Source of the DNA: an uncultured Coriobacteriaceae bacterium
Lineage (GTDB): Bacteria > Actinomycetota > Coriobacteriia > Coriobacteriales > QAMH01
Direction of reading: 5' to 3'
Assembly: GCA_964435565.1 (NCBI GenBank)
Contig: CAYSZR010000001.1
Location: forward strand, 3,288 to 67,287
DNA: 64,000 nucleotides
Positions 1-11,756 of the stretch are shown here, in pieces (position 1 is the stretch's first letter; every line of letters begins with the position of its first letter). The position numbers and the translations under genes were made by a program. The notes under the pieces were generated by a model that did no database searches, was not told the DNA's origin, and worked only from the letters and a program-made list of their open reading frames with translations.

Positions 1-1
1 C

Positions 2-562
2 GCGTCGTCAGCGCAAAGCGACATCTCCGAGCATCATGACCATAACGAGATAGGCGCTGATGAAGTCGCCGGTCTTTTGAGAGATGCTAAAAGCGTCGTG
101 GTCTGTCCCGGATACGGCATGGCTGTTGCGCAAGCGCAGTTTCCGGTAGCCGATCTTACACGTAGGCTTATCGAGCGCGGTGTGGACGTCAAGTTTGGCA
201 TTCATCCGGTTGCGGGACGCATGCCCGGTCACATGAATGTGCTTTTGGCTGAAGCCAAGGTGCCTTACGATGCGGTTTATGAGATGGACGAAATCAACGA
301 TGATTTTTCCGATGTCGATGTCGTGCTTGTGATCGGTGCAAATGACACTTGCAATCCTTCAGCCGCAACAGAACCATCGAGCCCTATCGCCGGCATGCCG
401 GTATTGCACGTGTGGGAATCGAGGCGGGTAATAGTTTCCAAGCGCAAAATGGGCTCGACTGGTTATTCGGGTGTGGATAATCCGCTGTTCTACAATCAGA
501 ATACTGACATGCTCTTAGGTGATGCCAAAGAAAGCGTCGAGGCGATTATCGCCGCGCTGTAG
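2..562 (+). CDS. pntB: NAD(P) transhydrogenase subunit beta, C-terminal part (5' end outside window)
   Basis: Frame 2 is open from the window edge. Translation ...[14 protein letters not shown]...[20 protein letters not shown]...[12 protein letters not shown] matches the conserved NADP(H)-binding domain III of PntB. The ORF-track start at 77 (TTG) is a truncation artefact. Confidence 0.85.
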   Translation, partial: ASSAQSDISEHHDHNEIGADEVAGLLRDAKSVVVCPGYGMAVAQAQFPVADLTRRLIERGVDVKFGIHPVAGRMPGHMNVLLAEAKVPYDAVYEMDEINDDFSDVDVVLVIGANDTCNPSAATEPSSPIAGMPVLHVWESRRVIVSKRKMGSTGYSGVDNPLFYNQNTDMLLGDAKESVEAIIAAL

Positions 563-1718
563 CCTTGTTTTCATAAGGGCCCAAAGCATCGTATTCACCA
601 TATTCGCACCCGATGTTTGCGGCGTCTATTTCATCGATGACGTTCCACAAGCCTGCTTCGAGTTTGCTTAATACCAGGTGTCCTGTTCCGGTGGATCCAT
701 TCCAAAGGCGCGTATGTCTTTTTGTGCCGTTGGGTGCCTCGTATTGCGCGAGCAACATTTCATCTTTTTTGCAGGAGACCGACGTCTGAAGGCGTGCATC
801 GCGCGTGCTCTGATCGACGCGCCACTCAACGGTATCATCTGTTTCCCAGCAGGTGAAATCGGTCGTGCTCTTGGTCCAGGGTTTGGAAAAATTGAACTCG
901 TACGGTCTGCCATCGTAATAGATGCAGCCCAACAGCTTGTGATCGAGGACGATGGGGCCTACTTTCGGTCTGCCGCCGCCTATCTCGAAAGCGCAGTTCC
1001 CAAGCTGCCATCCGGTCCGCGAGCTGGTCAGGTTACACGAGGAAAGCCAGACCCAAGGTGACGTGAAATCGCTTCCCCAGTTTTTATCCGAATAGCCGAA
1101 CGAGGTTTCAGGATCGACAACGTAGGTTTCCCCGTCAAGGACGACGGTGCCGCTATAGGCGGTTTTGATTCCTTCGGCATGCCAATACATTTCGAAGAGT
1201 TGCGCGTTGCGCAGGGGCGCGCTTGCTCCGGGACCGACGTTGTATGCGATACGCTTGTCCACATGCAGGTCCCAAATCATGCTGCCCGCATCACTCATCC
1301 ACTCTGGGTATGCTTTCGCATCGTTGGCAGACACCTCGACGCGTCCGATAAGATCCGTCTCGCAGGCAAGGCAATCATCAGCGCTTACGTAGTAGGGCAC
1401 GTTTTGTCCCACTACGACATCGTTCCAGGCGAAGAACCTGTGTATTTGTCGGGCATCTTTACCCCAGCACCCTGCTTTGACCATGACGTATGACGGACGA
1501 ACGCCCTGCCTCTTGTTTTCGAGAAGCTGTCCGAAGATAGGTGAGTCGCCGCCAAGCGCTGGGTTGATGCAGAAGAATTCGATAAAGAATGGCTTTGCTT
1601 CGCCGGTTATGGCGTGATGGGCAGTGAAGGAGTGCCACCACCAATCATAACCGCACGAGGCAAGGTCGCCCGTTAGCATGAACTTGTCACGTGCGATATC
1701 GTGTGTGTCAGATGCCAT
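546..1718 (-). CDS. Tocopherol-cyclase-like family protein (function unknown)
   Basis: 390-aa ORF without signal peptide. [10 protein letters not shown] and [20 protein letters not shown] resemble the KNWG..FP..W.W.Q.N signature of the tocopherol cyclase-like family as I recall it. Assignment is by motif memory only. Confidence 0.45.
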   Translation of the reverse strand: MASDTHDIARDKFMLTGDLASCGYDWWWHSFTAHHAITGEAKPFFIEFFCINPALGGDSPIFGQLLENKRQGVRPSYVMVKAGCWGKDARQIHRFFAWNDVVVGQNVPYYVSADDCLACETDLIGRVEVSANDAKAYPEWMSDAGSMIWDLHVDKRIAYNVGPGASAPLRNAQLFEMYWHAEGIKTAYSGTVVLDGETYVVDPETSFGYSDKNWGSDFTSPWVWLSSCNLTSSRTGWQLGNCAFEIGGGRPKVGPIVLDHKLLGCIYYDGRPYEFNFSKPWTKSTTDFTCWETDDTVEWRVDQSTRDARLQTSVSCKKDEMLLAQYEAPNGTKRHTRLWNGSTGTGHLVLSKLEAGLWNVIDEIDAANIGCEYGEYDALGPYENKATARR

Positions 1719-1748
1719 GCTGTCTCCTTAGGTTGGGCCCGGCCGACC

Positions 1749-3245
1749 TTAGCGGTTGACTGGAATTGCATAGAGACGGAATGTCTCTTCCTCTAGAATC
1801 GAATTCGGCTGTTCGCGGATTATGTATGCTTCCATATTTGCAGGACGCTCAACGTGTTGGTCGGCGAGCAGATACATGGTCTGCGCTTCGGGATATGCAG
1901 CTGTATAGCGCGCGAGCATTTCATCTATCCCCAAAACTTCGTTCCACTGTACGATTTCCTCGCGTGTTGTTCCCCAATTGCAATAAGTAAACGTAACGTC
2001 TGCTTTGGGATGCCAGTAGACAAAGTCGGGAGCGTAGACAACGACGCTTTCGGTTGCCGATGCGCAGCCTGAGACTATGACCGTTCCCGGTTCGACCTCA
2101 CTTTCAAGATAACTTCCCATATCGACAGATCCGGAATAGGGCAAACGAACGTCTTGGATTGCGCTGTACCAGGCAACGGGCGCCGTGAAAATAAAGAAAG
2201 CGGTGAATAGCGCAATGTAGGTATTTTTCACAACGCCGCTGTGTTTCATGGGCGCAGCATCATCTAGAACAATCCAGGACGTAAGCAGCAGTATGGCCCA
2301 GAAGAACAACGTGCGTTGGTTTATGGAGTAATACACGAAAACGGAAATAGCAAGCTGTGCCCCTAATCCAAAGAACGCGAGCAAAAAAGCGCGCCAATTG
2401 CGTTTGGGAGCAAAGATAAGCGGTAAGAGCAGCGATGCAAATGTAAGCGCCAGGAGAAGAACGTATTCGAGCCTGCGCCAAGGAGCGGGTAATACGCCAT
2501 AGCTTGCAAGATTGACGGCCAAGTCGCCCATAAGCGTGGTGAACAGACTCAATGGATTTGCAAGAAGCGGGAGGATTTTATCCGCCAAGCTTGAGCTTGC
2601 TGCACCTCCGCTCAGCTCAAGGTACGTTGCAATCATTCCCAAAAGCGCGATAGCTATTCCGGCAACAATCCATGCCCTCCGGCTTGCATTTGATTTCGAG
2701 ATACAGTCCAGCGCCAGGATGACGATCATGCCCAGCGCGAGCCCCATGAGAATGACGTGTGTTTGGAACAGAAGTGCGGCGATGATGCCGAATTGAACAG
2801 GGTGCTCCAAGCGGTGCTTGTAGCAGGCGCTTGCTGCAACGATGAGAAGCAGGGCCAGGGCGTAGCTTCGCGAAATGACAGGCAGGTAGTAAGTGAAGAG
2901 TGCAGACAGGAGAATAAAAACCTGAATGAAATGTGGAAATGGCGAACGCCAGAGCAGGAGCCATGCTGCTATGCCTACGGCCGCACAACTGATCAGACGC
3001 ATCGTGAGCATTGGCGCGCCGAGCTTTGCAAACGGGAACAAGACAAGATACCAGAGCGCAGGATGCCCCTCGACCTTGAGCAGGGAGAATATTTCGGGCA
3101 GGTTGAGATTCTGTACGATAAGCCACGCCTGGGCTTCATCTTGCCAGGATTCGTGTGTGACGGCAAAGAGAACCTGTGCTGCCACGAATACGGCAAGGAT
3201 CGCGATGCGTGCAATGCGCCAAGTCTTTGTTATGTTCTCGTGCAT
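1749..3245 (-). CDS. Polytopic membrane protein, GT-C-type (PMT/ArnT-like) transferase candidate
   Basis: 498 aa with about 11-12 hydrophobic helices followed by a roughly 110-aa soluble C-terminus. There is an acidic DE motif in the first external loop (HESWQDEAQAWLI). It lies 30 nt upstream of 546-1718 on the same strand. Confidence 0.5.
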   Translation of the reverse strand: MHENITKTWRIARIAILAVFVAAQVLFAVTHESWQDEAQAWLIVQNLNLPEIFSLLKVEGHPALWYLVLFPFAKLGAPMLTMRLISCAAVGIAAWLLLWRSPFPHFIQVFILLSALFTYYLPVISRSYALALLLIVAASACYKHRLEHPVQFGIIAALLFQTHVILMGLALGMIVILALDCISKSNASRRAWIVAGIAIALLGMIATYLELSGGAASSSLADKILPLLANPLSLFTTLMGDLAVNLASYGVLPAPWRRLEYVLLLALTFASLLLPLIFAPKRNWRAFLLAFFGLGAQLAISVFVYYSINQRTLFFWAILLLTSWIVLDDAAPMKHSGVVKNTYIALFTAFFIFTAPVAWYSAIQDVRLPYSGSVDMGSYLESEVEPGTVIVSGCASATESVVVYAPDFVYWHPKADVTFTYCNWGTTREEIVQWNEVLGIDEMLARYTAAYPEAQTMYLLADQHVERPANMEAYIIREQPNSILEEETFRLYAIPVNR

Positions 3246-3420
3246 CTAGCTCCGATTCCGGGATACATGCGAGGCGCGCTTGTATCGCGTCTGCAACGAT
3301 TCGTGTATTTTACGCTGTAAAGAAAGCGCGCGAATTATTATACTCATTCTGAATCAGGGCACAGTCTCACCTGCGTACCGTTACAATGAATCCATCTGTA
3401 TGCACATCCAAGGAGATGGC

Positions 3421-4998
3421 ATGACGCGCAAAATCGCTATATTCGACACCACGTTACGCGACGGAGAGCAGTCACCGGGCGCGAGCATGAATGCGCAGGA
3501 AAAAATCGTCATCACACGCCAACTTCTGCGTTTGGGCGTTGATGTGGTAGAAGCCGGGTTTCCTGTTTCGAGCCCCGGCGAGTTTAAATCCGTCCAAGAT
3601 ATTGCGAAAATCGTAGGAGACAAGTGCATCGTATGTGGGCTTACACGTGCGGTTGAACATGACATAGATGTTTGCGCAGAAGCGCTCGCAGTTGCCAAGC
3701 GCCCCCGTATACATACCGGCATCGGCGTCTCTCCTGAGCATCTTGCGTACAAGTTCAAAGGAATCACCCTTGAAGAGGCCATAGATCGTGGTGTCGCGGC
3801 TGTCAGACATGCGAAAAGATACGTTGAAGACGTTGAATTTTATGCAGAAGACGCGGGACGTGCCGCCTACGAGGATCTTGCGAAGATGATGCAAGCGGTA
3901 ATCAAGGCCGGCGCAACCGTGCTGAATATTCCAGATACGACGGGCTATAGCATGCCGCACGAGTTCGGGAAACGTATCGAGTATCTTATGGAGCATGTGG
4001 ACGGCATAGAGGATGTCTGCGTGTCTGTGCACTGTCATAACGATCTTGGCATGGCGACCGCGCTTTCGCTTGCAGGCGTTCGAGCGGGTGCCACCCAAGT
4101 TGAATGCACTGTTAATGGATTGGGTGAGCGTGCGGGCAACGCCGCGATGGAAGAAGTCGTTATGGCCATCAAGATGCATGGCGGCGAGCTGGATGCCCAT
4201 ACAGATATCAATGCGCAGGAGTTGTCACGTGCCAGCCGTCTTGTCTCGTCGATTTCGGGAATGAGCGTCCAGCCCAACAAGGCCATTGTCGGTGCAAACG
4301 CTTTTGCTCACAGTTCTGGTATCCATCAAGACGGTGTTCTCAAGAATCGTTCAACGTATGAAATCGTCTTTCCCGAAGATGTCGGCGCTGCTGGAAGCCA
4401 GATCGTTCTCACGGCTCGTAGCGGGCATGCAGCGTTGCGAAAGCGTTTCGAAGATCTGGGATATACGGATATCCCAGATCAAAAGTTCGAACAGATACAC
4501 GCTGCGTTCCTCGAACTGGCAGACCAGAAGAGCAATATCTACGACGAGGATCTTCTGTCGCTTATAGATGAGCATGACAGAAATGAAAACGCCATATACA
4601 AGCTCGATGCCGTTCAGATATCTTGCGGTCAGACGCTTGTGCCTACAGCAACCGTGACCATGACGGATGCGCAGGGCAATACGCATACGGTGTGCGAGAT
4701 GGGCGTCGGGCCGATCGATGCCATGTATTCGGCGATCAACAAGGTGGTCAAGGCAGAAAATGACCTCATGGAATACTCGGTGCAAAGCGTTACGCGCGGT
4801 ATCGATGCTCTTGGCGAGGTGACGGTTCGTATTATGGCACCCGATGGGTCCATATTCACGGGCCGCGGAAGCGATAATGATATTACCGTGAGTTCGGGCA
4901 GGGCTTACGTCAATGCGATAAACCGCATGCTCGAGCAACAGGCCGCCGAAACCTTAGCGCCCGCAGACGAAAACGGAGATATTCCGCCCCATATCTAG
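3421..4998 (+). CDS. leuA: 2-isopropylmalate synthase
   Basis: MTRKIAIFDTTLRDGEQSPGASM, HCHNDLGMATA, and a C-terminal LeuA regulatory domain. Start moved from ORF-track 3280 to ATG 3421, which is preceded by AAGGAGA. Confidence 0.92.
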   Translation: MTRKIAIFDTTLRDGEQSPGASMNAQEKIVITRQLLRLGVDVVEAGFPVSSPGEFKSVQDIAKIVGDKCIVCGLTRAVEHDIDVCAEALAVAKRPRIHTGIGVSPEHLAYKFKGITLEEAIDRGVAAVRHAKRYVEDVEFYAEDAGRAAYEDLAKMMQAVIKAGATVLNIPDTTGYSMPHEFGKRIEYLMEHVDGIEDVCVSVHCHNDLGMATALSLAGVRAGATQVECTVNGLGERAGNAAMEEVVMAIKMHGGELDAHTDINAQELSRASRLVSSISGMSVQPNKAIVGANAFAHSSGIHQDGVLKNRSTYEIVFPEDVGAAGSQIVLTARSGHAALRKRFEDLGYTDIPDQKFEQIHAAFLELADQKSNIYDEDLLSLIDEHDRNENAIYKLDAVQISCGQTLVPTATVTMTDAQGNTHTVCEMGVGPIDAMYSAINKVVKAENDLMEYSVQSVTRGIDALGEVTVRIMAPDGSIFTGRGSDNDITVSSGRAYVNAINRMLEQQAAETLAPADENGDIPPHI

Positions 4999-5242
4999 AA
5001 GCGTTGTTTTGGGTATGGGAAGGGGAGTCTCAGGAGCTTGCGCATGAGAGCCCCGGGAAAAGCGAATCTCAAAAAAGCTGCAAAATCCGTTTATAAGTGG
5101 AAAACTCAGAATTTCCCCCGTTGGTCGTTTGGGTCTCTCCACACGGGCTGTTGATTTTGAAAACCCTGCAAATCTATGTCGCATCAAACGGGTATGGTAG
5201 TACAGCAGGGGAGAACTGCTAGATAGGGGATAGACCGTACTT

Positions 5243-6634
5243 ATGCCAGAGCTCGCATACACATCGAATCAGAACAGCAATATCGAACGCATCATGCCCC
5301 AGGACATCGACGCGGAAAAGGCGGTACTCGCGGCCATGCTTCTTGGCCTTGATAGCGAGGTCGTCGAAGAAGCGATGATGAAACTCAAGGCAGATGAATT
5401 CTACCGGCCGGCTCATCGTAAGATTTTCGAGGCGATGGAAGAGCTCTATAACAAGGGCGTTCCCATCGATCAGCTTTCGCTTGCCGACAGGCTCAAGAGC
5501 CGCGGCGATCTTGACGCGGTGGGCGGCAAGGCCTATATCGTCGAGCTTGGCAACAACACCTACGCTCTTGCAAACTGGGCTCATCATGCAGAAATCGTTA
5601 AACGCGAAGCTATGCTGCGCGACCTTATCGGCGCCGCGGTGCGAATCACCTCGCTTGGCTACGACGCTCCCGATGACCTTGACGAAGTTGTGGAAACTTC
5701 CGAGAAACTCCTTTTCGAAGTAACCAATCGTCGGGTTGCGACAAATTTCAAACGCATCGATTCGCTTGTTGTCGAGACGTTTAACGAATTGCAAGAACTC
5801 GCTAATACGAAGACCAAATATCGAGGCGTACGTACCGGTTTTAACGATCTGGATGATTTGTTCGGGGGGTTACGCGGTGGCGATCTGGTTATCTTGGCTG
5901 CGCGTCCCTCTGTGGGAAAGACTGCCCTTGCGCTGAATATTGCAAGCCGCGCTGCGCAGCTTGGCACGGCCGTCGCCTTCTTCTCGCTTGAGATGTCGGC
6001 AAATCAGCTTATCCAACGTGTTCTCTCGACAGAGACGCGCATCAATGCGAAGAAGATGCAGACAGGGCAGATGTCGGCACAAGATTGGACGACGCTGGTC
6101 ACGGTTTCGGATACGCTTTCCAAACTCAAACTCTGGGTGGATGATACCCCGAGTGCGTCGATTCTCGAGGTGCGTGCTAAGGCGCGCCGTCAGCTACGCC
6201 ATGTTGAGCCGGGCAAGGGTATGATCATCGTCGACTACCTCCAGCTCATGCAGCCGCAGAATTCGCGAACCGAATCGAGGCAGGTCGAGATTGCCGAGAT
6301 TTCCCGTGGTCTTAAGATTCTTGCCAAGGAAATGGACATGCCCATCATCGCGCTCTCGCAGCTTTCTCGTGCGGTCGAATCGCGTCAGGGCAAGCGTCCC
6401 ATTCTTTCTGATTTGCGTGAATCAGGCGCTATCGAGCAGGATGCCGATATCGTTATGTTCCTCGATCGTTCGTTATCTGAGAAAGAGGCAGATCAAGAAG
6501 AACGTCCGCCTTATGGAACAGCAGATGTCATTGTTGCCAAGCATCGTAATGGCCCCATCGGAACGGTGAGCCTTGCGTTCCAAGGCGATTTCACACGTTT
6601 TGATAATCTCGCCCATTCCGACGACCGCTACTAA
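5243..6634 (+). CDS. dnaB: Replicative DNA helicase
   Basis: N-terminal DnaB domain (PQDIDAEKAVLAAMLL), Walker A ARPSVGKTALALN, and a RecA-like core (IIVDYLQLM, SQLSRAVE, DADIVMFL). Confidence 0.93.
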   Translation: MPELAYTSNQNSNIERIMPQDIDAEKAVLAAMLLGLDSEVVEEAMMKLKADEFYRPAHRKIFEAMEELYNKGVPIDQLSLADRLKSRGDLDAVGGKAYIVELGNNTYALANWAHHAEIVKREAMLRDLIGAAVRITSLGYDAPDDLDEVVETSEKLLFEVTNRRVATNFKRIDSLVVETFNELQELANTKTKYRGVRTGFNDLDDLFGGLRGGDLVILAARPSVGKTALALNIASRAAQLGTAVAFFSLEMSANQLIQRVLSTETRINAKKMQTGQMSAQDWTTLVTVSDTLSKLKLWVDDTPSASILEVRAKARRQLRHVEPGKGMIIVDYLQLMQPQNSRTESRQVEIAEISRGLKILAKEMDMPIIALSQLSRAVESRQGKRPILSDLRESGAIEQDADIVMFLDRSLSEKEADQEERPPYGTADVIVAKHRNGPIGTVSLAFQGDFTRFDNLAHSDDRY

Positions 6635-6722
6635 TGTAACGTTTGGGGCTGTCCCAGATGCCGCGTCTCGATGATTAGCTACAATAGGGCGCGGTCTGCT
6701 CATTTGAAAGTAAGCTTCTTAA

Positions 6723-8015
<1,293 letters not shown>

Positions 8016-8078
8016 CCAGAGCGTCAGGTATGGCGTATGCCATATTGTTGGGCCTTGTTTTCGAGAAAGGGATCTACG

Positions 8079-9362
8079 ATGAACATTCTGCTGTTGGGGT
8101 CTGGTGGACGAGAGTGCGCTATTGCATCTGCGCTCGCCAAATCGCCTAAATGCGATCGGCTTTTTATCGCTCCCGGTAACGGCGGTACCGCAGCACTGGG
8201 AAAAAACATCGAGCTTGAGACTGAAAACGGCGAGGCGGTTGCCGATTTTGCACAGGAAAACGATTGCGAGCTAGTCGTTATCGGTCCAGAGGCCCCGTTG
8301 GTCGCTGGTGTTGCTGATGTCGTGCGTGCCGTCGGTATCGATTGCTTTGGACCAGGTGCCGCCGGCGCCCGGCTCGAAGGGTCGAAGGATTTTTCGAAAC
8401 GGCTCATGATGAAATACAATCTGCCGACTGCCGCTTATGGGACCTTTACCGATTCGAATTCGGCGCTTGCCTATCTGAACGAGCAAGGTGCCCCGATCGT
8501 CATAAAAGCAGATGGCCTTGCTGCCGGAAAAGGGGTGACGGTCGCCCAGACGAAGGATGAGGCAGCAGAGGCGATATGCGAGTGTTTCGATGGCCGTTTC
8601 GGCGAAGCTGGTTCGACGGTTGTCGTCGAAGAGATGCTTACGGGCCCCGAATGCTCGATGCTCGCCTTTACCGATGGCATCACCGTAGTGCCTATGGCGC
8701 CATCACAAGACCACAAACGAGCTTACGAAGGTGACGAAGGCCCCAATACAGGCGGCATGGGCGTCTATTCGCCCGTCCCCATCGTCACTGACGAAGAGCA
8801 TGAGATTATGGTCGATGTCATGGAGCGTGCGGTTGCCGGCCTGCGTGAAGAGGGTATTGATTATCGCGGTGTTCTCTATGGCGGTTTCATGCTTACCCCC
8901 GAAGGCCCCAAACTTCTCGAGTTCAATGCGCGATTCGGCGATCCGGAAACCCAAGTTATCCTACCGCGTCTTAAAACCGATCTTGTCGATGTCATGGTTG
9001 CGACTGCGCAGCAGCGTCTTGACGAGGTCAAGCTCGAATGGAGGCCCGAATGGGCGGTGAGCGTGGTGCTGGCGAGCGCGGGATATCCTGGATCATATAA
9101 GAAGGGCTTCGAAATCACGGGCATTGATGCAGCAAATGCCCTGGAAGGCGTTCGTGTATATCATGCAGGCACGAAGCTTGTAGATGGTCGGGTCGTAACT
9201 AATGGCGGGCGCGTGCTCAACGTGACAGCACTAGGCGACAGTTTCCAGGATGCACGTGATAAAGCCTATGCAGCATGCGATTTGATAGATTGGGATGGAA
9301 AGTTCATGCGTCGTGACATTGGCGCACGCGCCATGAGGGGTCGAAGCGCATGGGAAAGCTGA
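8079..9362 (+). CDS. purD: Phosphoribosylamine--glycine ligase
   Basis: MNILLLGSGGRECAIA.., ATP-grasp core (IVIKADGLAAGKGV, EFNARFGDPE). Start moved to ATG 8079. Confidence 0.92.
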   Translation: MNILLLGSGGRECAIASALAKSPKCDRLFIAPGNGGTAALGKNIELETENGEAVADFAQENDCELVVIGPEAPLVAGVADVVRAVGIDCFGPGAAGARLEGSKDFSKRLMMKYNLPTAAYGTFTDSNSALAYLNEQGAPIVIKADGLAAGKGVTVAQTKDEAAEAICECFDGRFGEAGSTVVVEEMLTGPECSMLAFTDGITVVPMAPSQDHKRAYEGDEGPNTGGMGVYSPVPIVTDEEHEIMVDVMERAVAGLREEGIDYRGVLYGGFMLTPEGPKLLEFNARFGDPETQVILPRLKTDLVDVMVATAQQRLDEVKLEWRPEWAVSVVLASAGYPGSYKKGFEITGIDAANALEGVRVYHAGTKLVDGRVVTNGGRVLNVTALGDSFQDARDKAYAACDLIDWDGKFMRRDIGARAMRGRSAWES

Positions 9363-9919
9363 TCGAGCATTTCGAAGATAGCTCGCTCGAAGAAAAGATC
9401 ATTGGGTCCCAGCGTGTGTTCGATGGTCGGCTCTTAAAGGTCGATACAGTTGATATCGAGCTTCCCAATGGGAACAGGAAAGTCCATGAGGTTATCAGGC
9501 ATCCAGGAGCCGTGTGCGTGATAGCGCTCGACGACGAAGGCCGGATACTTCTTGTCCGTCAGTATAGAACGGCACTCGAGCGCGTGACCATCGAGGTTCC
9601 GGCAGGAAAGCTCGATGCAGGCGAAGACCCAGCGAATGCGGTGCAGCGCGAGCTGTCAGAGGAAACCGGCTATACAGCCGACAACATTCGCCACCTTGCG
9701 TCTTTTGCACCTGCCGCTGGGTATAGCGATGAGATCATCCACATTTATATGGCGACTGACCTGCATGCAGGCAAGGCGCATCCAGATGATGATGAATTTT
9801 TGTCCGTTGAATGGGTAAGCCTCGAATGTCTCATAGATTCTGTCCTCGATGGGCGCATCGAAGATTCGAAAACGATGATTTCGGCACTTATCTGCGACGC
9901 GTTGCGTCATAGGCTATAA
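9350..9919 (+). CDS. NUDIX hydrolase (ADP-ribose pyrophosphatase-like)
   Basis: Nudix box GKLDAGEDPANAVQRELSEETGY. Overlaps the purD stop by 13 nt. Confidence 0.8.
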   Translation: MGKLIEHFEDSSLEEKIIGSQRVFDGRLLKVDTVDIELPNGNRKVHEVIRHPGAVCVIALDDEGRILLVRQYRTALERVTIEVPAGKLDAGEDPANAVQRELSEETGYTADNIRHLASFAPAAGYSDEIIHIYMATDLHAGKAHPDDDEFLSVEWVSLECLIDSVLDGRIEDSKTMISALICDALRHRL

Positions 9920-9931
9920 AGGAGAATTTCC

Positions 9932-10396
9932 ATGTCAGATGCAAAGCCGCTCGTTGGAATTATTCTTGGGTCGAAGTCGGATGCCCCGGCCTTCGATGGG
10001 TGCAAGGAAATGCTCGAAAAATTCGGGGTGCCCTATGAATTCGTTATTCATTCGGCGCATCGTAACCCGGATGACGTGCGCACGTGGGCTCTGAGTGCCG
10101 AGAAACGTGGTCTCAAAGTCATTATTGCCGGTGCCGGCAAGGCGGCAGCCTTGGGCGGCGTCGTTGCTTCCCATACGCCGCTTCCCGTAATCGCGGTTCC
10201 CATGAAGACAAGCGATCTGGGTGGAATGGATTCGCTGCTCTCGACGGTTCAAATGCCAACGGGCGTTCCGCTTGCCTGCGTTGCTATCAATGGGACCAAG
10301 AACGCTGCGATCCTTGCTACTCAGATTCTCGGCGTCTCGATGCCGCAGTATCGAGAAGCGATCTCTGGCTATAAACAAGAGCTTGCTGAGGGCTGA
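9932..10396 (+). CDS. purE: 5-(carboxyamino)imidazole ribonucleotide mutase
   Basis: [12 protein letters not shown]...SAHRNPD...[22 protein letters not shown], typical of PurE. Confidence 0.92.
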   Translation: MSDAKPLVGIILGSKSDAPAFDGCKEMLEKFGVPYEFVIHSAHRNPDDVRTWALSAEKRGLKVIIAGAGKAAALGGVVASHTPLPVIAVPMKTSDLGGMDSLLSTVQMPTGVPLACVAINGTKNAAILATQILGVSMPQYREAISGYKQELAEG

Positions 10397-10424
10397 CGTT
10401 TAAAACAATACTGCACCAAGAATG

Positions 10425-10463
10425 GGCCCGAAACTTCCTTATGCGGTGTTTCGGGCCTTTTTT
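10425..10463 (+). terminator. Rho-independent terminator after purE
   Basis: GGCCCGAAAC (10425-10434) pairs with GTTTCGGGCC (10448-10457), followed by TTTTTT. Confidence 0.7.
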
Positions 10464-10666
10464 CGACAGCCTCCGAGCGGCATTTTCTACACATCCCCTT
10501 CATAATTCGTTCGATTTCAGCTCTGTTCTCCATAAAAAACAAGCAGAAGGCGTATTGACATTCACAAGGCGAACACAATCGCTTGCATGGTCAATTCTCC
10601 TTGGTTAGGGTTTTTAGCCGTTGCAACGCAAACGAAGCGAAAACGAAGAACGAACATGGAAGAGAT

Positions 10667-11188
10667 ATGAATCTAAACGTAGCAAAAACGCTGGCTGTAT
10701 TTGGGATTACAGGTGCACTTGTATTAAGTGCGGGTGCACCTGCCCTTGCGGCCGAATCGGCTTCAGCGGCCGCTAACAGCGCCGGCCCCGTTGCCGGACG
10801 AGTTATTGCCGATGTTATAGCAGGGGTAGTCGACGATGCGACGCTCGCAACAGGCGGCTCGGTCGATGCTGCTGGATACCTGCCTAATCTTGACGAAACC
10901 GTTGAATGGACCACCTGCGGGGCAAGCACATACGGTATCGGTGACGGGCTCATGGGCTCGGGTTGCTCGGATGGCTCGACGGTGACCGAGACGTCTATGG
11001 GCGTCGCGCACAAAACGCTTCCTCTGGGAACGAAGATCCAGATTGTCTATGACGGCACAGTGGTTAACGCTACCGTCTGCGACCGTGGCCCGTATATCGC
11101 TGGCCGCGATATCGATTTGCAGCCTGCCGTTGCCACGGCACTGGGCTTCGATGGCGTTGGGGATTTGCAGTATCGCGTTATAAGCTAA
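10667..11188 (+). CDS. Secreted RlpA-like double-psi beta-barrel (DPBB) protein
   Basis: Signal peptide MNLNVAKTLAVFGITGALVLSAGAPALAAE. C-terminal ASTYG..MGVAHKTLPLGTKIQIVYDGTVVNATVCDRGPYIAGRDIDL resembles the RlpA DPBB domain. Start moved to ATG 10667 after GGAAGAG. Confidence 0.65.
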   Translation: MNLNVAKTLAVFGITGALVLSAGAPALAAESASAAANSAGPVAGRVIADVIAGVVDDATLATGGSVDAAGYLPNLDETVEWTTCGASTYGIGDGLMGSGCSDGSTVTETSMGVAHKTLPLGTKIQIVYDGTVVNATVCDRGPYIAGRDIDLQPAVATALGFDGVGDLQYRVIS

Positions 11189-11197
11189 CATAGGCTT

Positions 11198-11674
11198 ATG
11201 CAATCCATAGTTATCAGACATGTGCGGGTAAGACGCGGGGCTCTCGACCTCGAGGTCGCAGCAGCCGTTGATACGCTTCACGTGACAGGCGAACAAGCGG
11301 ATCGCGTGCTTGGCTTGTTGCCGAATCTCGCTCATCATGTGTGCGTAAATGGGTTTGGGGATGGAAGCTTCGGCGAAGAGCTGGTGGGGACTGAGCTTCC
11401 TCATCTGCTCGAGCACATCATCATCGAGCTCCAAGGTCAGGCATCGAACACTGCCAGACATTTCACGGGGCATACGTCGTGGCTCGAAGAGCTCGATACC
11501 ACCGCTTCCCAAGGATATGCGCTCATGCGCACAACGGTCACGTTTGTAAATGATTTCGTGGCCCTGCAGTCGGCAAGTGATGCGTGCGCGATAATCGCAT
11601 GGATTGTGAATCCTCAGGCATTCGAAAGACCTTGTATCCAGGATCTTGTCTCCAAGCTTGTGAAACTGCGTTGA
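11198..11674 (+). CDS. Stand-alone cyanophycin-synthetase N-terminal-domain-like protein
   Basis: LLPNLAHHVCVNGFGDGSFGEELVGTELPHLLEHIIIELQ parallels the CphA1 N-domain segment (LPSLVEH.C..G..GGF......T..GH..EH.ALELQ) as I recall it. The gene lies 9 nt after the DPBB gene. It has no ATP-grasp or Mur-ligase part. Confidence 0.45.
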   Translation: MQSIVIRHVRVRRGALDLEVAAAVDTLHVTGEQADRVLGLLPNLAHHVCVNGFGDGSFGEELVGTELPHLLEHIIIELQGQASNTARHFTGHTSWLEELDTTASQGYALMRTTVTFVNDFVALQSASDACAIIAWIVNPQAFERPCIQDLVSKLVKLR

Positions 11675-11756
11675 TCGTTAGCCCCTCTTGACTGAAATAG
11701 CGTGTTCAAAGGTGCTATAATCAGCGAACACACATCCCGTGGTCTAAGGAGGGCGC

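Noticed and set aside
3280-3420. The N-terminal extension of the leuA ORF contains ARIIILILNQG, which looks like a branched-chain amino-acid attenuator leader peptide.
   Set aside because: It is in frame with leuA with no stop codon, so it is not a separate leader ORF. The Ile/Leu codons coincide with an AT-rich promoter-like stretch (GAATTATTATACT). The real start at 3421 has a good RBS.
4999-5242. DnaA-box cluster or origin-like region upstream of dnaB, with repeated CTGCAAAATC/CTGCAAATCT and TCTCCACA.
   Set aside because: The best DnaA-box-like matches have at least two mismatches to TTATCCACA. There is no AT-rich unwinding element and no dnaA or dnaN nearby.
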